Positions 49,721-62,384 of a stretch of DNA of 64,000 nt are shown piece by piece. The DNA is taken from positions 109,628,032 through 109,692,031 of the forward strand of contig NC_068983.1 of the NCBI RefSeq assembly GCF_001194135.2, read 5' to 3'. The stretch's first letter is position 1. Each line of letters starts with the position of its first letter. The position numbers were made by a program, and so were the translations under genes. This DNA is from Octopus bimaculoides (Eukaryota). The notes beneath the pieces are model-generated. The model made no database searches and was not told the origin of the DNA. It saw only the letters and a program-made list of their open reading frames with translations.

Positions 49721-50246
49721 TCTTTTGTTTTTCCTCCTGCTAAGTAAACCTGACATCAAACTTCTTTCTGCAGTTTATTTTCTCTTGCACTCACACAAAC
49801 ACACATGCACATGCATACATAATATAAATTCAAGCCACTAGTAATCCAAAAGCTGGTTGCATCAGCATGTTTTAATTATATCCAGTGTTTCATAGACAAC
49901 TTTTTTTTAATAAATAAAGAAGGAGCACAAAGTTATTAATTTTATTCTGTAATGAACAAATCACTTGTGGGTAACCAGTGTATGCGAAGTGATAGATTTT
50001 AAGAGTGAATGGGTATCAATGTTTAAGTCATGGCTACAGAGGCTATTGTTTTATCTGTATTGAGACTTTGCATTGCAGTTCTCCTGACCATATCCACCCA
50101 TCTCTCTCTCTCTCTCTCTCTGCAATATCATTTCACACTATGGATCAATGGATTATTTCCCATTTGCACTATGAGCAACAGTTAATCTTCTGTCCACACA
50201 CACAGTTCGCTCAGCTAGAATGTATAATCACTTTGTTTTGCTTTAG

Positions 50247-50272
50247 TATTACTGCCTTTCCCTAACACTCTG
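50247..50272 (+). other. Candidate 26-nt microexon
   Basis: cactttgttttgctttag|TATTACTGCCTTTCCCTAACACTCTG|gtaagt, both splice sites near consensus. Confidence 0.3.
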
Positions 50273-53200
50273 GTAAGTACTTTCCTATGAACTTCAAAAC
50301 CTATTTCTGCTGTCTCTACATACAAGCATATGTATACACTATCTGTATATGACATATGCACATATTGTTATGCTTCATTCATACCAACAATATAACATAG
50401 CCATATAAGTACACTTACATACAACATGCTCATACAAGCATGTTCGTATGTCTACACACACACACACACACAGTTCTACACAAGCACATTCACTAATCTA
50501 TACTAACATAGACACATACAAAATATATTCTCACTTCTTATTTCCATTGACTCAATACACACACACATGCATCAATTGTCTTCCACATTATCTCTCTTGA
50601 TTAAAAGAAGCACTCTTCCTGTTGAATAAGAAGTTCCATACTAACTACTTCTGTTTTTCATTTTATTAATTTGCCATCTGGCTTTTCACTACAAAATATT
50701 GCATCAACAGCACTTCTTCCATTTTTTCCCTCCTTTTTTTCTTTTCCTTCCACAAAGAGCTATCATCTAAAATATTGACCCGTGTTCTGTTTCTTCCTTA
50801 TAGTGTCTAAAATGGATTACCTTGCACTACTGTTTTGTGTTTTTGTATCTGTTCCTAAAACCTATGTAAAATGTGTTACCACAAGTGTTGCTTTGTTCCA
50901 GAATCCTGAATGACAGAAATAGGTTCTACTTTAAATGAATGTAAAACAGGAATGTAATAAGTGTTAAATTTCTTTTACTCATAAAAATACATCATCTCTA
51001 GAAACATTTCCCATCTGCTAATATCGTTCTTTTATATTGTATTCACAAGAAAGATTTTCCAGAAAATTACCTACTTCACAATGAGATATAATCAACATTA
51101 GCACTCAGTATTTTACTTCAAACTTATATGAAAAACATATTGGTCTTTCTGTCAGCAATATAATTATCTATATGTAAAATGGTATATTTGATCACATCAA
51201 GCTAATATTTCACTGGTACTTATTTTATGAAAGGCAAAGCCATCTTGGGTCTGATTTTGAACTCAGAACATGAAAGCCATAATAATAGCACAAAGTATAA
51301 GCTAATGGTCTACTGTTTCTATTATCCGTTGTTCACATTGCAAAATTAGTCACTTATGGTGAGACCATGAAACAAATAAAGCATAGTATTATCCTCATCA
51401 TTGCTTGATGCCACTCAGCTGGAAAAAATAAGTAGTATTTGTATTTTAAAGGGTCAGCCTTGTCACATTCTGTTTCATGCTGAATCTCACTGAGTAAGAA
51501 TCTGGGTACTGCACACACCAATGTAAAATCTCATTTTGCTGAAATGATCGGCAACAGCCTGAATAAGAATCTGGGTACACATGTTGGTGGAATGCTCAGC
51601 CACTTGCATGTTAATTTCATGAGCAGGCTGTTCCAGTGATCAGATCAATTGGAACCTTAATCATTGTAACTCATGGAATGCCAGTTTGAAGCCAACTTTC
51701 CCTTGCTAGAATGTGTTGGACATGTCTTTAAAATATATCCCTTTAAATTAATCCAATATTACCTTGTCTGTGTGACCCCCACAAAGCTGTTGATCTAAGC
51801 TCATCACTTATTCCTATGTCTCCTTTGGCCTTTTGTGTCATGGTTACCCTCAAATGTCATCACTCTGCACCTTTTCACTCAGTTCATACCTGTAAAGTCA
51901 CTTATCCAGCAAATTAATATTTCACATACAGAAGAGCATACTAAAGTTAAATCCAGTGCTTACAGATCTTATATATTTGACATCAGTAAGCAGAACTTGA
52001 CTAGTAAGCAGAACTTGACACATACTTCATACAGTCCTCCTTTTGTAAAAAGAAATCCTTAGTAACCAACCTAAGTAATAATACCTTGACCTTTCATTTC
52101 ATTAAAATTCTAGCTACTATTCTTCTGCTACAAACAGTTCCATGACTAATTTGATAGCTTGGTTAATAGAAACTAGCAGTAGTATTAAGGAAGCTAGCAT
52201 AATGGTTTATCCTGTTATCCCTATTTATACACTTGGAACAAATGGTTTCTTGTCAGTCTACTTGAAATGCATTGCATTTCAAAATGTATTGCTATATCAT
52301 AGGAAGGTATTTCGATAAGTACTTTGGAATAGAAATTCACCTATATTCTGTGAGTATAATTTGGTTGTCAGTATGATATAAGAGTTATTTGTTGTTATAG
52401 CTGCTATGAAAGAAATACCATGATGATTTGGACATGCAATTAAAATTGATGATAAGCTGAACAGAAATGTGTTATAGCGTGCCAGTCATTATTGTCATCA
52501 AATTGGAAGGATTGAAATTTAAATGTTATCAGCTCATTAGAAGTTTTAAAGGACTAGATACAGATGAAATATTAATATGCATATAGATCGAATTGGGTGA
52601 GATCACTTTAATGATGATATAAGTGATAGTGATAGTGATGGTAATACTGCTGCAGCAGCAGTCGGTAATGATATGATGATAATTATGAGTGCAAATATAA
52701 GTAATAAAGGTTTCCCTGATAAGTTAATGAAAGCTATTAAAGTGAACTTAAACATAGAATATGCTTGTTTTGAAGCCAGTTGAAATATTGCAAAATTGTC
52801 ACAACAATAATAAAGGATTAATCAATAATAAAGTATTAGTCACTTCAGTAGTAATTTAACTTGAAAGTGAAATGAGGTTACTGGAAGACTAAATAAATCT
52901 TTCAGATATTTTAGTCATAATGGTGTGGTTGAGAATTCTTACTTTCTCTTCTAAATTTTATTCACCAATAAAATATAAAAAATTCAGAATCACAGCAAAT
53001 AAATTATCTTGCTATTAAGTTATTAATAAAGGTATAAAATATATTTGTTTTGTCTGTTCCCATTATTATTCACACACCAAAATATTTATTGTAATTATAC
53101 TGTTTAAATTCTCTCTGCTCCCTACAGGGTATCATTAGAACAAGATAATCTGAATACATGCTTACATGAATAAGAATGTTCTCATTATAATATTTAGAGT

Positions 53201-56200
53201 TGAATACATAACAATATATATATTTAGAAGATAGAAATTTTATAGGCATGTGGAAAGAATAAAAGAAGAATAGTAAAGTATATTCAAATTTGTGATTAAA
53301 GGTAGATATTTTTTAAATATTTGAAATGAAATCATTAGAATTCATTTTGCTATAGTTATATCTAAAAATGGAAATTACAGAAGATCAAGGAATGTGAAGA
53401 GTGTTTACTGAAGAAGCCTGTTTAAATCATAACAGTATAACATAAGAACAATTATAATGATGAAATTATTGTTGATAACTTTGAGGCTGATGTGAATGGA
53501 TCATTCCTGCTTAGAGGGAATAATTTAATAAGTCACATGCAAAATCTTCAGAATATCATATATATTAATTGAAATAGTAAACAAGTGTTTTCACAGTGTA
53601 TTTGTCAAACTCAAAATCTACCTACTTTCTAATTTTCTTTAATTTGATCTTTGTGTTGGAAATGAAAACAAACTGTTGTGGTTTGAAAAAATTTTCTACA
53701 GATGGAATTGAATGTATAAATGTATTTTCTGTATGTTCTTTTAGCTGTTTTATATAATTTAAATTAAGGTTTTCATCATACAATGTATACTGCTCATTAT
53801 TGATATGGTGCAGGTAGAGTTACCATATGTTTCATATCAGAATAAATTATTGAAAAACTGAAGAACTGAAAATAATTAGAAAGCAATAAAAGAGAACAAA
53901 CTATTTTCATCCAGAAGAGAGTTGCTAGCAAAGATATGATTGTGAAAGAAAATCAATAGAGGCAATAAGTGAAAACAGCATGTTAAATAAAAGTATATTA
54001 TAGATTGTGCATATATGCATATATTTTTCTTGTTACAAATTTTCCATTCTAGATTATTGGATTATAGTGTTGTCTACAACCCTATAGAGTTTATATAATT
54101 CTATATCTATTTAACTTTGGAAAAGCCTGAACTTAGAAAAGGCTGCATAAGAAGATACCCTATCTCACTAAATTTCATATACAAAGTATTGTTGAAGATA
54201 TCTTATCAGACAGTGGGAAAAAATACAATGACCCATAAACTGTAATAGTGATGATACTACCCAATCCATAGTAGTAATTTCAAATTTGGTATTGAAAGTT
54301 TATAGTCATTGAGATTTAAAATATGTTGTTTTATTGAAGCAAGATTCTTATAAAATAAATGTGAAAAAAATACATACCTTACAACTACATTCTCTAACAA
54401 TAACAATGTTTAAATCTTTAATTTAAAAGTTTTACTCATAGTGATCTGATTTTTGATTAACTCTTTAACAGATCCATTAATAATCAATTCATTAACAGAT
54501 TCATTAATAATCAGTCTCTTCAGTCAACAATGATTAATGGGGAATGATACCAATCTTAAGAAGTGTATTCTGCCACTTTTCTATTTCATAGCCACTTGGT
54601 AAAATACTTTCATCTACTTAGGGTAAAGCAGAAAGGAACCTTAGCTGCATGAAGCCAACATAAATAGAAAACTACGATTATTTATAGTTATATTTGAGGT
54701 TGGCAATTTCGTTTTTTGTCAAATATCCACAAATACTATATACTGGTTGTTCACTTTAGCTTTATTATAATTCTTATTTTAATGTCATTTGTCTGGAAAT
54801 CTTTCATCACACATCCTGTGACCTCTTCAGTGACTCTCCATCCCACATGTTTCCTCCTGTTCTGCTAAGTGCATTTTGTCTTTCTGCCATTATTTGGTAG
54901 CTTGGAATCTATGTATGGTGAGTCACTAATAATGGACAACATGTAACAATAGAGAGTATCTTTTAGTGTTGAAAAATTTGGTCACAAGATATGCATTTGA
55001 TTTTTTCCAAAAACATAATATGCTTATTTAAATCGATTATTTTCAACTAAGAGACACCCAAGAATTTTAACTAATTTCTCATTTACTTTCTCAAATTATA
55101 AAAATAGTAAAGTAACTACTGATTTTATTTTTATTGTTGGAGTCTTTTACATGTGCTAAGTTGGTATCTCTGGCTACCATTAAATTTCTGTATTAAAACT
55201 CTCAATCTATATTTTTTTAAATAGTCACTATTAAGAAAATAACCAATGAAATAAAAGAGAAAAATAATGATTTACAATAATAAATTATAGAACTTTCTTA
55301 GTGAATTCTAGTATTTATTATCCAAGACTTAGATTGAAACATCACAAATATTTTTAATGATACATTTAAAAAAATACAAATATAACTGTTTCATTGTTAG
55401 CAAAACCAGTCATCTATATTAATAGATATTCAATTATGTAAAGAGCTCAACTGGTAAGAAATATTGCTGGGGAAAATCAAGACGAAGGGTTTTTCAGAAA
55501 AATATGTTTAACTATTTATAATTTACATTCAGTCATTAAAACTACATATCTTGAGAACATATCCAAAACAATATCAATTTCATTTGTAAAGATTTTTTCT
55601 CCTTCTTTTCAAACATCCAGATTACTGTTTTATTGACCATATTTTCACTATCAAGAAAGAACTACCACAAAAGATTAATTTTTTTTTATTCTACATACTT
55701 TAAGATGAATTACTGCCACAAATAATTTAAATGCTTTTCTTTTGATAAATTGCTGTTGCTTGTTTCATCAACAACCAATGAATCATTTTGTAATATTTTT
55801 TTAATTGTTTAGCTGAATACATTAATGTTATTTTTCCCATCCTCCTCTCACATTTTATTTAATTATCCTATGAAATAAAAATGAATAACTTTCTGTGAAG
55901 TATTGTTTACAAAAGACATGCAACACTGCATTTTGCTTTGTCTGTTTCCTTTCTTTATTGTTCAGATTAAGACAGTAATTGATTAGATCAAAAGAAACAA
56001 TTTTGTTTTATTTTGAGGGACTAAAATACGTTACTAACAAGAGACATTAAAAATACTGTTAATCTATATCTTAGGGGGAAATATCCATGTAAAAGAATAA
56101 CTGTAAAATATTAACTGAAGTCAAAAGCTTTTGCATATCTTTGCATAATTTCACTTTCTGATATTTAATTAAATAAAATGTACTGTTACTTGATCTTTCT

Positions 56201-56347
56201 GGATTTTACTAAATCATAAGTTAGGATGCTGAAATTGTAAGTGATTATTGTATGGCTAATTCTAAAATTGTATTGAATAATAATAGTGATCAGATTTGAT
56301 AAATATTTGTATGAAAATCTAATATGCAACTTTCATATTGATATTTA

Positions 56348-57130
56348 GTGCAAAACAAACTCTTGTTTGTATCACTAGCAAGGAAATAAATCCCCACCAC
56401 TGCTAGTACTGAGACCACCAAATCATGTGATTTCAGCCTTCCCTGGCCTTCTCAATGATGGACACCCAGACACTAGAGATAGCAGTGATGTAACTCCACC
56501 AGCTTTGTATAGAATCACAGTGCCAGAACAGGTGCTGGTGCTGCAAATAGTCAGTACACTTGTTAAAAAATATTCATTAGTGACAGAAGCAGTATTGATA
56601 CCAAATGGTAATATTTATCCCCACTGTTGGAACAAACAATACTGCGGTAGTTAGCATGAGAGAAATTCTCATATTGGTTTTTGGTGCAAAACACACTCTT
56701 GTATATATTGCTAGCAGGGAGATAAATCCCCACTACCACTACTACCAGGACCATGAGATCACATGATTTTGGCCTTCCCTGGCTTTCTTAATGATGGATG
56801 TCTGCACGCTAGAGATAGCAATGCATCTCCGCCAGTGATATATAGAATCACAGTGCCAGAACAGGCACTGGTGTTATGAATAGCCAGTTCCTAATAAATA
56901 TTTCTTTTGTTGCTAATAAATAATTTTTAAGAAGTGCACTAGCTATTTGTGACAGCCATACCAGTTCTAGCACAGTGATGCTATATATTGTTGGTAGAGA
57001 TACATCACTACAACCTCTAGCATCCAGACGTCCATTATTGATGAGGCCTGCAAAGGCCAAAATGATGTAATCTGGTAGTCTCGGTGCCAGCAGTGGTGGG
57101 GATTTATTTCCCCATTAGTGATATAAGCAC
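56348..57130. repeat. Three diverged copies of a 200-335 bp unit: two tandem on +, one inverted
   Basis: A about 56348-56600, B about 56683-56900, C about 56930-57130 (minus); shared GGAAATAAATCCCCACCACTGCT...GCCTT...AATGATGGA...TATAGAATCACAGTG. Confidence 0.9.
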
Positions 57131-57899
57131 ATGTCCGGCAAGTGCATCATCATCAATTCACAACAGAGAAAGTTCACTGTCATCATTTCACCATTTTTGT
57201 TTCAACAAAATAGTTTTTACTATTCATGTAGTCTCCTGTAACAATAGGTATGGGAGACCTTCAACAAGCAATCAACAAAGTGACTCACATGGGTCAAAAT
57301 GACTAAATACGCAACATGGACTCTACCGTCAAACTAACACTGTCAACTCCCCACTGACAGTTCATACAGTTCCTATTTATTGCAATCGGTTAGTCCACCT
57401 TCAGACATGTGGGTGTATTCAGGATTCTCCCATAACAAATACATACCAGCATGGAAAGCAAAAACAACACATATCAATATAAGAATATTATCAAAGGCCA
57501 AACTACACATAATAACAACAGAACCAACCGTAAAAAAGTGTAGAGGAACCAACTGCAGTATGTTAAAATCTTTCTGAAGTATCAGTGATCCATCTGATAC
57601 ATCTTTTCCAAACTAAAAAATAACTTTACCTGTGAATCTAAAAAGCTATTTTAGGTAAACTGCTTGTGATGCACAGAAAACAACATAAGACAATGTCTTT
57701 AAGACAATGCATGAAACTGTCCTTAAGAACAATGCATAAAACTGCATAGACCCTGAATATGAATATTAGAGTACAGTAAATAGACCTCAGTGAACATATT
57801 GATATATGTGCAGGTAAAAAACAGCCAAATTTTACAATCTTCCCCTTGTTTCAAATTGGTGATGGCACATCACAACAGCAATACTTCAACAAGAGAATG

Positions 57900-58260
57900 A
57901 CATTCATAACAAAATACTAACTACTTCTTAACTAATGTGAGAGAGAAAAGGTTCTTTAACTACTACTGCTACAACAACTACCATTTCCAATGTTACTACT
58001 ACTATGACTACTGCATAAGTTGTTATTGTTGAAGCAACTACTTCTACTAGTGAGATTGATCCAACCACTATTATTATGACCACTAGTTTTGCTGCTTCTG
58101 CTACTGCCACCATCACCATATGATTTCTTCCACCATTACAAACCACTCACTAATATCAACATTGCCAGTAAATAACAATAAACTACTACCATTACAGCTA
58201 CAAGAATGTACAATAGATCACTATTACAATTAAAACTGTTACTATTACTATTTTGACCCA
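57900..58260. repeat. Degenerate (ACT/ACC/ATT)n trinucleotide tract
   Basis: Low-complexity text; explains the V-rich ORF 57928-58146. Confidence 0.8.
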
Positions 58261-58589
58261 ACAGCCATCAGAAGGAGACCAACAACTCTCATGAGTTTTG
58301 TAAGAAAATTATATAAGCTTTTAAAACTGCTAACATGAAATTAATTTAATTCAATTCAATTCATTTTCCTTTTCTAATTGCCTGACTAAACTGTCTTAAC
58401 AATCGATACTTGTTACTTATTTTTATAAAAATGAAAATATCTTCGTCCTATTTTTGTCATGACAAAGTTCTTAAAGAATTTTCTTTTTCATTTTTAATCC
58501 AGTATAACATGTAGCATAGTCAAGGTAGTAGCAATAAACCAATAAACCCTCTAAGAACACCTAGAAGGATAAATACAAGACCTGTCAAA

Positions 58590-60030
58590 GATCAGAGGGA
58601 TCCAGCTTAGGGTTCAATGATTATCTAGCAAAGAAGTGCAAGATAAGGTACATGAGATGAAGAATGAGCATACTCAAAGACAACATGGAAGTAACAGACC
58701 CCTATTTCTAGTTGGAACATCCATACAGAAGATGGAAACTGAATTTTAAACCCACACTCTTGTGGGCTGTCATGGTTGGCAAAGACAAACAGAAACTCTG
58801 ATATAAAACTTCATGTAGATGATACCATCAGTCATATTGATCTTTTCTTGCCAGTGGAACGCGATAACTGATACTTAGAGAATGATATTTGTGTTGTACA
58901 AGCATCTGTCACTATAATCTCTAGTCTGAAGCAAGGATCATCCTCACTCTCACTCTGTTTTCCCTCCACTCAGTGCCATTATCAATGAGATCCCTGATAA
59001 AGCTCCTGATGTAGAAATCCACTACCAAATGAATGGAGAACTTTACAACACTGCCTGCTTCAGAGCCCATCAAATTACCACCTTCACCAAGGTGTATGAG
59101 TTGCATTACTCTGATAGCAATGCCACACCCATGCACCATCCACTCAGTTTCCAGTCTTTAGGAGTCTGTGAGTCTCCAAGAATTTTTATGCCCACTTTGG
59201 TCTGGCCACAAACATTATGAAGATGAAGATCCTAGCACAGGAAGCTCCTGGCCAACCTCCCCCCAGACACCAGTGATATAAGATTAATGGCACTGTCCTC
59301 AAAACCATAGAGGCTTTCCTATATCTCAGAAGCTACCTGCCCAGTAATTTCACCATTCAGAAAGACATGAAGAATATGATCAGTGCAGCCCATACTGCTT
59401 TCAGAATACTCTCAAAATGAATCTTTCTAAACCACGACCTCACCATCCAAACGAAAATCATGGTACTCCAAGCCATTGTCCATTCCACAGTTCTCTACAC
59501 CTGCGAGATGTGGTTTTTGTATGAACAAGACTTGAAGAAAATCAAGCATTTCCAACAGCACAAACTTCACATCATCATGAGGATTCAATGGAAGGACTAC
59601 ACTACCAATGAAGAGGTTCTTCTCCAGGCTTGACTATCCAGCACTGAAGCTACTGTGGAACAGCACTAACTCTGCTGGTTGGACCCCGAGTCAATTACTC
59701 TTTGCAGAGTTCATCACAGACACCAAACCACATGGAGCCTCCAGATTCCTTTTCTGAGACCAACTCAAGACCATTCTCCTTCACTACTCCATTGATCCAA
59801 ATATTTGGGAGACAATTGCCAAGGACTTCCCAAAGAGGCAGCATGTCATCGTCAAGGGAACAGACCTGATGAAAAATAACAGATGTCAAAAAGAATACAA
59901 ACATTGAAGACACACAGAGGGAATCACACTTCATAGTCCCCTACCAACTTTCCCCTGCTATTATTTGCCCTTGGCTCTTTGATACCACCATTGGCTTGAA
60001 CAGCCACCTAAATAAAGTACAGGCATCCTT
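58590..60030 (+). mobile_element. RTE (BovB-like) LINE ORF2, decayed
   Basis: LKQG, EIHYQMNGELYN...TTFTKVYELHYSD (YRLDG.LFN...ELLFADD-like), later LYTCE.W and a terminal IGLNSH zinc-knuckle remnant. Confidence 0.8.
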
Positions 60031-60189
60031 CACACCCATCAAGATGAAGAGGCTATATATAAAAGCATATGTATATATGCATAGAGATCTATATTTATGT
60101 GTGTATGTTTATAATATACACATGCACACACACAAACATATACACATATATATGAAGACAGTTGTGTGAAGAAGTGCAGATCTCTAATG

Positions 60190-60740
60190 GTAGAGGGAAC
60201 CCATGGAAGAGGTAGACTCAGGAAAATATAGGATGAACTGGTGTCGAGGCACGACCTTCAAACATTGGGTCTCATGGAGGTGATAACAAATGACAGAGAC
60301 CTTCCACGATATACTGTGCTTGAGAAGACTTGTCAAGCCAAGTGAGAATGTAGTCATGGCCAATACCAGTATCATGTAACTGGCACCTGTGCCAGGGGGA
60401 CATAAAAAGCACCCTTCGAACGATGGACCTTATGGAGGCAGTGACAAGTGATTGAGACCTTTGGTGATATACAGTGCCTGAGAAGATCTGCCAGGTCAAA
60501 TTAGATCATAATCGTGACCAATGCCAGTGTTATGCAGCTGGTATCCATGCTGGTGGCACGTAAAAAGCACCAACTGCACTCTTGGAGTGGTTGGCATAAG
60601 TAAAGGCATCCAGCCATAGAAGCCATGCCAAATCTGACTGAAACCCAGTGAAGCTCCCTAGCTTACCATTTTTCAGTCAAACTATCCACCGATGTCAGCA
60701 TGGAAAACAGTTGTTAAATGATGACAATGATGATGATGAT
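60190..60740 (+). mobile_element. RTE LINE 3' end
   Basis: VEGTHGRGRLRK..DE...HDLQTLGL.E..TNDRDL..Y.VLEKT, then a 3' UTR and (GAT)n tail. Confidence 0.85.
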
Positions 60741-62205
60741 ATAAATGCACACATATTCACACACAAACATACATATCTCATCATCATGAATATTACTTTA
60801 TGTCTGCTTGGCACCAGATTAGTTTGGTAGGTCATCATGATTTGATTCTGATCCTATAAGGTGTTCTTACCATCTTTGATGGGTCTGTTAATATGTTCTA
60901 TTTTGGAATAAAGTCTAACACTGCCTACCCTTTCTAGCACCAATCACTTCAATTCACTAGCAAAACTTTCATTTTTAGATTCTTTCTAATACACAATTCT
61001 TTGAAAATTTTGAGCTACATTTTTATGACATTCATTTCACAATCCTGATTATGTATATATTACATTCTATGATATCGAACTTATTTTCTGTCTGCCTAAT
61101 TTCACTCAGAAGGTTTGTATCAATCTAGAACTATTATAAAATATACTTTTTCAAGATTGGATCAGGAATTTCATGAATGCATGGCAAACTTTTTTCTTAC
61201 ATATCTATACTTGTATCCAAAATACATACATAAATACACCTAGTCACAGCCACCTACATAAATATATGAAATATATTTCTGAAATTAAAATAATCTACTG
61301 TCCTTCACAAAATGATTTGTTTTGTATAGCCCTTGAACTATTGCTGTATATTGAAAAATTTGACATTATATTCTTGCTAATGAAAGAAGAGAGCTAGGTA
61401 CAATAAATTATTCACATATTATATAGCATAGATAAATACTTTTACATATATTTCTATTTCTGTAATAGCTATCTATCTTTGTTTGAGAGTGTATGTGTGT
61501 GTGTGTATACATACACACATACAATATATATGAAAATATACATACACACACACAAATATATATCTATATAATTCCTACATTCCTATGTATGAAGTTCATA
61601 TAAATATGACCACATCAACAAACTTTTTTTTAATCAATATTTATTAAATATTCAAATATTTATGTAATTATATTCCACCAAAAGCACATATTATCAAAGA
61701 ATATATTAAATTGAACATCTATAAATCGATGTACATATTTTAAGAATTATAAAAGGAAATGAGGATTTATAAAAATCAATGCTGTTTTGGAAGAAACATT
61801 ATTTAGTGTCACAATAATTCCTCATTTGTGTCATACTTGATAAAATTTGTTTCCATACAAGGTTAACTATCTAGGTCAACTATTGTTGGCAATTATTTCA
61901 ATCATAATAAATAAGCACATCAAATATGTCTATCATTTGTTTGACATCAATATTAGATGTTTCTTAATGAACTTTCCCCTCAGAACAATTTGTGCATATT
62001 ATCCAACCATATTTTTTTTGTTTTAATAGAAGAAAAAAGGCTGAGAATTATGGGCATCAGTCAAATTTCAAAATGGCACTTACTTAGATTATAAAACGAA
62101 TTTCTTTAAAACAATTTTGAATACTTTAATAAATTTTCTAGTCAAATAGAATTTTAGTAATTTACATAATATCAAATTTAATATTAGAAAATCAATATAA
62201 TTTAC

Positions 62206-62384
62206 ATGACACTGCATTTGATATTTAAAATCAATTTCAAAATGCAAGCACTTTGTAATTGAGGCAAGATGTTCATATAATGGAGCCTTTTTAATCTTGT
62301 TCCAATATTTCCATCTCAAAGACCTTTCAATGATTCTAAAAATATTTTCTTTTGAATATGTACATGAGCAAGAAAATATCAAAC
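62206..62384 (-). CDS. Candidate coding exon of an unidentified minus-strand gene (phase 1 to 0)
   Basis: Acceptor tatgtctttatcag, donor CAT|gtaaat, inside a 102-codon ORF in very AT-rich DNA: LIFSCSCTYSKENIFRIIERSLRWKYWNKIKKAPLYEHLASITKCLHFEIDFKYQMQCH. Confidence 0.35.

Noticed and set aside
51985-52020. 18-bp tandem duplication AGTAAGCAGAACTTGAC, and similar ones near 15345, 54475 and 57700
   Set aside because: Ordinary slippage-type duplications with no further structure.
52200-54350. Purine-rich coding-like stretches (e.g. HKKIPYLTKFHIQSIVEDILS)
   Set aside because: All frames close within 30-40 codons and no motif could be assigned; possibly an ancient transposase remnant, but unsupported.
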